Source: a virus. From it: 40,587 nt of DNA. The stretch's first letter is position 1. The number at the start of each line of letters is the position of its first letter. Positions 34,453-40,587 of the stretch are shown here, in pieces. A program made the translations under genes and the position numbers. The stretch is taken from IMG/VR virus record IMGVR_UViG_3300045988_159944; one strand, 5' to 3'. The notes beneath the pieces were generated by a model. The model was not told the origin of the DNA. It saw only the letters and a list, made by a program, of their open reading frames with translations, and ran no database searches.

Positions 34453-34626
34453 TCATTCGTCTGGCGTCTCTGCCTCGAGCCGCGCGTTCGGATCTCTGTT
34501 CGCGGCCACGTCGTAGTCCTCCGGGTGCGCGGCGATACGGTCCACCAGATCATCCGTGATCCGGGACTCGCGCTCGCGGGCTTCGTAGGCGCGGGCGGCC
34601 TCTATAAGCAGAGTCCCGACATTCAT
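34453..34626 (-). CDS. Possible small acidic protein (57 aa)
   Basis: ATG 34626 to a stop 20 nt before the DUF3800-like start. The block is GC-rich, unlike its neighbours. The ATG lies in the loop of the 34611..34645 hairpin, and no RBS is seen. Confidence 0.3.
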   Translation of the reverse strand: MNVGTLLIEAARAYEARERESRITDDLVDRIAAHPEDYDVAANRDPNARLEAETPDE

Positions 34627-34666
34627 TAAACGGACATCGGGACTCGAACTATTTTCAAATGGTCTG

Positions 34667-35758
34667 TTAGAGAAGGCGGCGTACCTCTTCACGAATTTGT
34701 TCAGAGTATGCATAGATACCATTGAGCGTATCAATGGGCATGCGCTCGCAGTTCTTATTCTCGTCGAAGATTCCAAGATATTTTTGTTTGGTATTGAAAT
34801 AAAGGCGAACGATCGGTTTGCGGTTGTTGTCATCAAGGAATATTGCGCAGTATTTCTTCGCGTCCCTCATGGTTACTCGTTCTGGATCAACATCGCTGCA
34901 GGCAATGGCTTTGACAATGCGGTATCCAGCGATTTCCTCTTCAGTGGTGATGATTCCATCATCTTCCTTGCTTTCGGATTCATCCTCGGCGATTTCATTC
35001 TCGCCGGATTCGTCAGCCTCCATCACTCCAACCTTAATGTCATCGGCGCCTAGGGCGGTCTTGAGCCGGTCATTAACCTGGTCAGAGAGGAATTGTTTAA
35101 GAGCCTTACCGACCAGCGGTCTGAATTTATCCATGATGGAAGCGTAGAAGGAGCCATCGTACACATGGCTAGCGAGCAGTTTTACAAACTCGTCGGAGGG
35201 GCTCTTGAATTCCTCTCCAATGGCCCTTTTGAGTGCTCCGACGTATTTGAGTTCTTCCGCGCTGCTGGCGATTGAATCGAGATCAAATGCTGGCTTTGTC
35301 AGCTTTTGCAATGCCGGCAGTACTGTCGGATCGATATCGAGGAGATCTAGAACGAGGAACGGCTTGGAATCCATGCGGTTCGGCTCGTCGATGTCCATGT
35401 AGAAATTCCAGACTTGTCCGTTGGTCAGAACACCGATACGTGCGTTCGTGACAGCGAAGTAACGGTACAGTTGGCTTGCGTTCTCTAGGCTTAGCTGTGC
35501 CTCGATCTTCTTGCATTCGATAAGAATCTGAACTTGATCGTCATGCACGAGCGCGTAATCAACCTTCTCGCCTTTTTTCACTCCAACATCAGCGGTGAAT
35601 TCTGGTACAACCTCGGTTGGATTGAATACATCATAGCCGAGCACTTGGCCGATGAACGGCATAATAAACGCGTTCTTCGTAGCCTCTTCAGTCTCGATTC
35701 CGTCCTTCAGATCGCGTACCTTTGCGGCAACCTGATTAAGGCTCTCTTCAAATTCCAT
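34667..35758 (-). CDS. HsdR_N-type (type I restriction R-subunit N-terminal-like) PD-(D/E)xK nuclease-domain protein, stand-alone
   Basis: gggagag RBS. Motifs: EEATKNAFIMPFI..LGYDVF....V.PEF........KVDYAL......ILIECKK (D...E.K). A C-terminal domain follows after an acidic linker. No helicase or methylase is nearby. Confidence 0.75.
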   Translation of the reverse strand: MEFEESLNQVAAKVRDLKDGIETEEATKNAFIMPFIGQVLGYDVFNPTEVVPEFTADVGVKKGEKVDYALVHDDQVQILIECKKIEAQLSLENASQLYRYFAVTNARIGVLTNGQVWNFYMDIDEPNRMDSKPFLVLDLLDIDPTVLPALQKLTKPAFDLDSIASSAEELKYVGALKRAIGEEFKSPSDEFVKLLASHVYDGSFYASIMDKFRPLVGKALKQFLSDQVNDRLKTALGADDIKVGVMEADESGENEIAEDESESKEDDGIITTEEEIAGYRIVKAIACSDVDPERVTMRDAKKYCAIFLDDNNRKPIVRLYFNTKQKYLGIFDENKNCERMPIDTLNGIYAYSEQIREEVRRLL

Positions 35759-35773
35759 TGCTGCTCTCCCTTC

Positions 35774-36121
35774 TTATTTGGTTTTAATTGAATCTTCGGT
35801 TTTGATACGGTCAGCCCACTTATCGATGTCAATATCTTCGTGGGATGTCTCAAAATCACTTATAACATCTGGGTCTTTGCTGAGTGCATCAGCGTCGGCG
35901 ATGATTTGTGCCAAGGGTGTTCGTAGCGCTGTTGCGATGCGTTGCAATTGTTCGTAATCGGCAACAGTGTTTAATTCAAGAATTTTGCGCAAAGTACCAT
36001 AAGGTACGCCTGAGGCGTCAGCCAAGGCTGGACCACGCATATCTCTTGTTGTCATTGCGCGCTTAATCGCTATCGAAAGAGCCTTCGACTCGATAGTCGG
36101 AATCTTTGTTCCACGTGCCAT
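35774..36121 (-). CDS. XRE-family HTH repressor (CI-like)
   Basis: Motif ...MRGPALADASGVPYGTLRKILE... (HTH). Divergent from the Cro-like gene across an operator-rich 83-bp spacer. Confidence 0.8.
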   Translation of the reverse strand: MARGTKIPTIESKALSIAIKRAMTTRDMRGPALADASGVPYGTLRKILELNTVADYEQLQRIATALRTPLAQIIADADALSKDPDVISDFETSHEDIDIDKWADRIKTEDSIKTK

Positions 36122-36134
36122 ACAAGGGATTTTA

Positions 36135-36220
36135 GTTCCAACTGGAACATGAAAGTTCCATATAGGACACGCCGAGTTTTGTAAAGGTTTTTATTGGGCT
36201 TATCATGTTCTGTATGGAAC
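36135..36220. promoter_or_regulatory. Genetic-switch operators: three 14-bp GTTCC-N4-GGAAC-type palindromes
   Basis: GTTCCAACTGGAAC at 36135..36148; GTTCCATATAGGAC at 36155..36168; GTTCTGTATGGAAC at 36207..36220. Confidence 0.6.
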
Positions 36221-36465
36221 ACGAAAAGGTCTTAAAAGAACAAATGACATCCCAACAACTCGGTAAAGCAGTGAAAGCTACTTTCAAAAAAGCTGGCTTG
36301 ACACAAGAGGAAGCTGGCATCAAAACCGGCATTCCACGCAACAGCCTCAACCGCAAGCTCAACGGCGGAACATTCAACTTCGATGAGCTTGTTCGGATCA
36401 GCCAAGTCACTGGTCGCAAGCTCTCCGAAATCATTTCCGACGCTGAAGCGCTCGCTAGCGCTTGA
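36205..36465 (+). CDS. XRE-family HTH protein (Cro-like)
   Basis: Motif LGKAVKATFKKAGLTQEEAGIKTGIPRNSLNRKLNG. Alternative start at ATG 36214. Confidence 0.8.
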   Translation: MFCMEHEKVLKEQMTSQQLGKAVKATFKKAGLTQEEAGIKTGIPRNSLNRKLNGGTFNFDELVRISQVTGRKLSEIISDAEALASA

Positions 36466-36482
36466 ATCGAAAGGGGAATCCG

Positions 36483-36767
36483 ATGGAACTCACTGAAATC
36501 GACATCCGCGAATTGACGGAAGAACAGTTTCACACGCTCTGTGAACTGATCGGGGAGGACTACCAGGAGATGGCACGTCTTGATGAGAACCCCATGAGCG
36601 TGTGGTATTCGCCGGGAAACGATTCCACTGTGGTCAGGTACACGAAGATGCGGAAGCTCGACGGCAATCAGCTCGGCCATATCTTCGGCGTCACGACCGG
36701 TGATACGGAGGGACCGGTTTCATCACGGAGAACCGATGGGACGGATCATCCGGAAGCGTCCAAGTGA
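36483..36767 (+). CDS. Hypothetical early protein
   Basis: aaagggga RBS. The 3' end overlaps the convergent gene 36691..37227 by 77 nt. Confidence 0.45.
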   Translation: MELTEIDIRELTEEQFHTLCELIGEDYQEMARLDENPMSVWYSPGNDSTVVRYTKMRKLDGNQLGHIFGVTTGDTEGPVSSRRTDGTDHPEASK

Positions 36768-37227
36768 TATGCACATCATCGTCAGAACCGGCCCACACTC
36801 CACGTTCGCGGAACACGAAGCTCGCTTCGGAACCACGCGAAATGTCGCCGAGCTCGTACTTCTTGCCATTCGAAAGCTCGACCCTCACGTCCCTGGCATC
36901 GAACGGATTGTTGTTCGCGACGGAATGCTTGAGGTTCTGCACCTGACGGAGTTCCCACTTCGGAACGGACGCCTCATCCTCCTGGATGGCCGCCTGGCGT
37001 TGCAAGGCATCCGCCTGCGATTCGAGGGCATGCACCTGATCACGAAGCGCCGCAACCGCGGCATTCGATGCATCAATCCGCTCCCGCAGGAGTCTGATGT
37101 CTTCCTTGCGTTTCCTGTCCTGTTCTTTTGAGCTTTTGTGCTCGAGGATCCAGCCAATGATCGTCACAACGAGCGTGAAAACGAATGCGGCGAGCTCGAT
37201 GCCGTGCTGCGAAAACCAATCACTCAT
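36691..37227 (-). CDS. Membrane-anchored coiled-coil protein with a C-terminal beta-rich domain
   Basis: Start taken at MSDWF (ATG 37227). TM segment IELAAFVFTLVVTIIGWIL, then a coiled coil (LRERIDASNAAVAALRDQVHALESQADALQRQ). The ORF is open to GTG 37401. No clear RBS. Confidence 0.5.
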   Translation of the reverse strand: MSDWFSQHGIELAAFVFTLVVTIIGWILEHKSSKEQDRKRKEDIRLLRERIDASNAAVAALRDQVHALESQADALQRQAAIQEDEASVPKWELRQVQNLKHSVANNNPFDARDVRVELSNGKKYELGDISRGSEASFVFRERGVWAGSDDDVHITWTLPDDPSHRFSVMKPVPPYHRS

Positions 37228-37413
37228 GAAAACAATTCTAAGGAGAATCCAATGAACGATCTCAACATCGAGATTCCGGACGAGGAATGCGTCAAACTGT
37301 TCCGCTACGAGGATGATGACGGTGTCGCCGCGTATCTTCTGCTGTTTTCGGAACACGACATGCAAGCGGTCAAGCCGCGTATCGACGCGCAGCTTGACCA
37401 CGAGATGGCGATG

Positions 37414-37656
37414 TCAGTGAATGCGTCCGGCTCTTTGCGCAGGGGCGTCGTCGACCGCCCACCACAATGCGTTGGACGGATTGATGTGGATGGTGTCCGA
37501 GCCGGTGCCCTTGACGGAACCGCTGACGGTCACGACCGTACCGTTCTTGGCCGCATCCATGAGGTCTTCCTCAAGGCTTGCGCGGTCCTGCACTTCGGCA
37601 AGAAGCACGTGAACCGGTTCTCCGGTTCCGGTGCCGAGTGTGAGTCTGTCGCTCAT
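37414..37656 (-). CDS. Hypothetical small protein (80 aa)
   Basis: aggaga RBS 6 nt before ATG 37656. The sequence looks globular. It conflicts with the plus-strand ORF that starts at 37252. Confidence 0.5.
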   Translation of the reverse strand: MSDRLTLGTGTGEPVHVLLAEVQDRASLEEDLMDAAKNGTVVTVSGSVKGTGSDTIHINPSNALWWAVDDAPAQRAGRIH

Positions 37657-37775
37657 GATTCTTCTCCTAACTATTTGGCCCGCACGTCGCAAATGCGGGA
37701 TGACACCGATTCCAGGAGAAGGCCGGGCGGTTCTCCTAACGCCGTCCGGCAACACACATGCAAAGGAGGCGCGTG

Positions 37776-37997
37776 ATGGGACTGCCGCAGATGCTGACCA
37801 CCGTCCAGGTGGCACGGCTCTTCGGGGCCGAAACCCCGGAGGAAATCAAGACCCGGCAGGCGTATCTGGCCCAACTCCGCTTCCGTGGACAAGGGCCACG
37901 GTTCGTGAAGCACGGCCGCATGATCCTCTACCCGCAGGACGCGGTCGCCGAATGGCTCGAGGCCGGCGAGACCGACTGCACAAGGAGCATGCGATGA
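37776..37997 (+). CDS. Excisionase-family (HTH_17-like) DNA-binding protein, candidate Xis or early regulator
   Basis: aaaggagg RBS. Motif MLTTVQVARLFG.........R..G.GP.FVK.GR.ILYP.DAV.EWL. Confidence 0.7.
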   Translation: MGLPQMLTTVQVARLFGAETPEEIKTRQAYLAQLRFRGQGPRFVKHGRMILYPQDAVAEWLEAGETDCTRSMR

Positions 37998-38098
37998 GCT
38001 GGATGGATGACGGCGGGTTCGTGATGAACCTCCTGCCGCACAGGAGACACCTCGATGGCGGCGGGATCGTCCGAACAGGTAGGGCGGCATCACGATGA
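37994..38098 (+). CDS. Possible 34-aa protein
   Basis: ATGA coupling at both ends. Confidence 0.35.
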   Translation: MSWMDDGGFVMNLLPHRRHLDGGGIVRTGRAASR

Positions 38099-38313
38099 GA
38101 CTATCCACCCGCATCAGAACAAGACGCCTCCACCGCAGACTCGACGCCGCAAGCTACGCGGCGATGTCCCTGTGGTCCGAAACGAGCCGAAGCGACAACC
38201 CCGACGAGGGAGAGCTGGCACCCGTCCTCTGGGAGATCCTGAGGGACATCGATGCCCTGAGGGACGAGACGCTGGAACTCGCACGACACGCCAACCGGAA
38301 GGAGGAGCCATGA
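38095..38313 (+). CDS. Hypothetical protein (72 aa)
   Basis: ATGA-coupled ORF. Confidence 0.5.
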   Translation: MRLSTRIRTRRLHRRLDAASYAAMSLWSETSRSDNPDEGELAPVLWEILRDIDALRDETLELARHANRKEEP

Positions 38314-38531
38314 GGCGTCTCCTGTCCGTGATCCTCATGCAGCTATTGGCCGTGGCGTGGCTGCTGGCCCTTTACGTGCTGTTCGGCACGTCGGCCTGCA
38401 CGCATCCGATCGAGCATCTGCTCGCCGCGCCCCTGGCGGTCCTGCCGCCCGCCCTGCTCGTCACGTGCCGGCTGTCCGACAGTCCGCATGTCAGGCGCTG
38501 GCTCGCCGAGCATGGCGACGGCGACGAATAG
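38310..38531 (+). CDS. Small membrane protein (73 aa)
   Basis: ggaggag RBS, ATGA coupling, two hydrophobic segments. Confidence 0.55.
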   Translation: MRRLLSVILMQLLAVAWLLALYVLFGTSACTHPIEHLLAAPLAVLPPALLVTCRLSDSPHVRRWLAEHGDGDE

Positions 38532-38789
38532 GACCTGGGCGGCTCCCGCATTCACATTGCAGGCACTCGTCATTCGCCCCGCGGGAGCCGCTCACCCGTC
38601 AAGGAAAAGACGTTAAAACCGGCCGGACGGGTCATCTTCTCTCTTCTCCTCCCGTCCGTTCCCGCCGGGGCCCGCGATGGCGGCGGGCGCCATGGATCAG
38701 CGTGTCCGGGACACGCCGGCGAACGGATGACGTGGTCCGAAACCACGCCCCGGCACAAGCATCCACCAGACACGACAAGGAGTCCGCGA

Positions 38790-39071
38790 ATGAGACAGAC
38801 ATACAGGCCGGAGGGCGAGCGGTGGTTCGAGTGGCCGCTGACGCCCGACAGCGTCGGCATGAGCTCCGGCGAGCTGATCGCGGAGCTCTACGAGACCGTC
38901 AGCAAGCTCAACCATGACCGCGGCTGGGACCTCACCATGGTCGCGCCGGCGCGTTTCGGCGACGTCATCATCGACAGGCAGGCCGGCTGCCTGCGCGCCA
39001 GGTGCGCTTGGAAGGCCAAGGACCCCAGCCAGATGGGAGCCGAACCGTCCACCTACGTCAAGGAGGCATAG
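38790..39071 (+). CDS. Hypothetical protein (93 aa)
   Basis: aaggag RBS. Directly upstream of ssb. Confidence 0.55.
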   Translation: MRQTYRPEGERWFEWPLTPDSVGMSSGELIAELYETVSKLNHDRGWDLTMVAPARFGDVIIDRQAGCLRARCAWKAKDPSQMGAEPSTYVKEA

Positions 39072-39073
39072 CC

Positions 39074-39625
39074 ATGGCCGCAGAGACCGTCATCACCATC
39101 ATCGGCAACCTGACCGCCGACCCCGAACTGAGGACCACCGGCCAGGGCACGCAGGTCGCGGGCTTCACCATCGCGTCCACGCCACGCAACTGGAACCGGC
39201 AGACCGGCCAATACGAGGACGGCGCGGCCCTGTTCCTGCGATGCTCCGCATGGCGCGACCTCGCACAGCATTGCGCGCAGTCACTGTCCAAGGGCATGCG
39301 CGTCATCGCGCAGGGCAGGCTTACGCAACGCTCCTACCAGGCGCAGGACGGTTCCAACCGCACCGTCATCGAACTGCAGGTCGACGAGATCGGCCCATCG
39401 CTCCGTTACGCCACGGCACAGGTCTCCCGCACCGGACACCGGCAGGCGGACGGCACCTACGGCGACCCGCACGCCGTACCGCCCGTGGTCAACACCGGCA
39501 CGGGCGGCTGGAGCCAGCGACCGCAACAGCCCGCGCGGCCGCCGGCGGACGATCCATGGGCCACGCCGCCGGCCGACCAGTCATCATTCGGCGGGTCCGG
39601 CACGACCGGCGAACCGGACTTCTAA
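39074..39625 (+). CDS. ssb: Single-stranded DNA-binding protein
   Basis: aggagg RBS. Motif ITIIGNLTADPELR.T..G...A.F.IAS....W.......DG.ALFLRC..WR.LA......L.KG..V...GRL.QR.Y. Gly/Pro-rich tail ending EPDF. Confidence 0.95.
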   Translation: MAAETVITIIGNLTADPELRTTGQGTQVAGFTIASTPRNWNRQTGQYEDGAALFLRCSAWRDLAQHCAQSLSKGMRVIAQGRLTQRSYQAQDGSNRTVIELQVDEIGPSLRYATAQVSRTGHRQADGTYGDPHAVPPVVNTGTGGWSQRPQQPARPPADDPWATPPADQSSFGGSGTTGEPDF

Positions 39626-39643
39626 AGGGGAAGGAAACGAATC

Positions 39644-40003
39644 ATGAGGAAAACGGAACAACAGGCGCTCATCCCACAGGAGGCCACACCCGACCTGCTC
39701 ATCGACCTCATCGGCAAGACCCAGCAGATCACCAAGGCCGCGGCCGGCGTGCTCAAGGCGTGCCGCACCTGCATGGACACCAGGACCAAGAAGGAATACA
39801 TCGAGAAATGGGGCGGGATCCACACCGTCACCGAGGCGGTCTACGACTGCGCCGACCTCGCGCAGCGCATCGTCGATGCCGGGCTGGCGATGGAGACCAT
39901 GTGCGCGAAGCCGGCCGGCAGCCGTCAGATGATCCTCATCGACGACCTGCGGCGCAGCCTCGACATGGAACACGTCGATCCGTCCACCGGCGAAATCGAC
40001 TGA
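39644..40003 (+). CDS. Hypothetical protein (119 aa)
   Basis: ggaagga RBS. Lies between ssb and the replisome-organizer-like gene. Confidence 0.55.
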   Translation: MRKTEQQALIPQEATPDLLIDLIGKTQQITKAAAGVLKACRTCMDTRTKKEYIEKWGGIHTVTEAVYDCADLAQRIVDAGLAMETMCAKPAGSRQMILIDDLRRSLDMEHVDPSTGEID

Positions 40004-40024
40004 ACCACGAAAGGAGCAAGGGAG

Positions 40025-40587
40025 ATGTGGTTCATCATCGACGATCAGATGGCCGACGACAGGCGCATCCGCCGTCTGCCGCTCGCCACGGTCGGCCTGT
40101 GGGTCAAGCTGTGTGTCATCCATTCCAAGGGCGTTTCGATGCAGTCCAGGGATCCGAACGCGTATCCGGGCCGCTTCGACAAACTGGACCTCAAGGACGC
40201 CGGCGGCACCATGAAACAGCTCCAGCAGCTCATCGACGCCGGCCTCATGGAGGAGCATGACGGCGGCTGGCGTCCCGTCTACGCCGAGGGCATCTGCAAG
40301 GAGCCCAAGACGCTCTCGCCGGAGCAGCTCGAAGCGCGCCGCAAGGCCGGAAGCAGGGGAGGACGAAGCAAGGCCGCCAACCGGAAAGCCAAGCAAACGT
40401 CTAGCAACCTGCTGGCGAACGGCCAAACGAACGGGGAGCAAGACGGTAGCGAAACGTCTGGCAACCTGCTAGCGAACGGGGAGCAAGACGGTAGCGAAAC
40501 GTCTGGCAACCTGCTAGCAAACAGCCAAGCGAACGGGGAGCAGGACGGTAGCGAAACGTCTAGCAAGTTGCTAGCAAACAGCCAAGC
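40025..40587 (+). CDS. Replisome-organizer / replication-initiator-like protein, 5' part of the wrap-around gene
   Basis: agggag RBS then ATG 40025. The frame is open to the window end and continues into 56..572. The N-terminus MWFIIDDQMADDRRIRRLPLATVGLWVKLC resembles phage replisome-organizer N-termini. The middle carries the NGEQDGSETSGNLLA repeats. Confidence 0.65.
   Translation, partial: MWFIIDDQMADDRRIRRLPLATVGLWVKLCVIHSKGVSMQSRDPNAYPGRFDKLDLKDAGGTMKQLQQLIDAGLMEEHDGGWRPVYAEGICKEPKTLSPEQLEARRKAGSRGGRSKAANRKAKQTSSNLLANGQTNGEQDGSETSGNLLANGEQDGSETSGNLLANSQANGEQDGSETSSKLLANSQ
40394..40587 (+). repeat. In-frame 45-bp tandem repeat array, about 3.5 copies (candidate iterons/origin)
   Basis: Full units gaacggggagcaRgacggtagcgaaacgtctRgcaaSYtgctagc at 40429..40473, 40474..40518 and 40531..40575. 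A partial copy sits at 40394..40416. 12-bp aaacagccaagc inserts follow units 2 and 3. Confidence 0.85.

Larger units (their letters stand above)
1..40587. mobile_element. Complete temperate phage genome, circularly closed, siphovirus-like
   Basis: Full set of modules is present: replication, packaging, head, tail, lysis, integrase plus attP, and immunity. The two window ends are identical over 55 bp, and an ORF is in frame across the junction. Confidence 0.9.

Noticed and set aside
37252-37776. Plus-strand ORF (174 aa from ATG 37252) as a bona fide early gene.
   Set aside because: After about 55 residues it becomes the Arg/Gly-rich antisense of a minus-strand ORF that has its own good RBS. 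It is kept as an open question in the findings rather than called as a feature.
38914-40260. 448-aa plus-strand ORF spanning ssb and its neighbours. Similar cases are 885..2057, 9471..10778 and 11407..12423.
   Set aside because: These are alternative frames of real genes with Arg/Pro/Thr/His-rich nonsense composition. The SSB frame and the others carry recognisable motifs.
40394-40587. The tandem repeats as a possible CRISPR array or minisatellite outside genes.
   Set aside because: The units are contiguous or separated only by a repeated 12-mer, with no unique spacers. They lie in frame within a gene, and no cas genes are present.

Overview
This window is a complete, circularly closed genome of a temperate siphovirus-type phage with HK97-like capsid genes and a long non-contractile tail. 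The high GC content suggests an actinobacterial host, but that is a guess from composition. Bases 1-55 are identical to 40533-40587, so the unique length is about 40,532 bp. One replisome-organizer-like gene wraps the junction as join(40025..40587,56..572) and carries in-frame 45-bp tandem repeats.

Layout:
- 0.5-5.5 kb (+): early genes, namely a ParB-like protein, an HNH endonuclease, a DEDDh exonuclease, a Lar-like protein and HTH proteins, tightly coupled by ATGA overlaps.
- 5.9-24.9 kb (+): a second HNH, a Prim-Pol domain gene, terminase small and large subunits, portal, MuF-like protein, scaffold, major capsid, connectors, major tail, a G/GT chaperone pair with a CCCAAAA -1 slippery site, tape measure, and tail tip and fibre genes.
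- 25.8-27.2 kb: holin and amidase endolysin.
- 27.3-28.7 kb: attP built on a tmRNA/tRNA-like 3' end, with flanking arm-type repeats, and a tyrosine integrase.
- 28.9-31.4 kb: three copies of one consensus-like promoter, driving two DUF2335-like membrane paralogs and an ImmA/IrrE peptidase.
- 31.4-36.1 kb (-): a visibly AT-richer accessory island that appears to read through from the CI-like repressor.
- 36.1-40.6 kb: a repressor/Cro-like switch with three 14-bp operators, then early genes including an excisionase-like HTH protein and SSB.

The accessory island holds, in transcription order, an HsdR_N-type PD-(D/E)xK nuclease, a possible small acidic ORF, a DUF3800-like gene translationally coupled to a Cys-rich partner, a second ImmA-like peptidase with no adjacent HTH partner, a small TM protein, and a membrane-anchored tandem-HIRAN protein. 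This lysogeny-linked island, and especially the DUF3800-like pair, is my best candidate for an uncharacterised (possibly anti-phage) system.

All functional calls come from motif recognition by eye. No database search was run.
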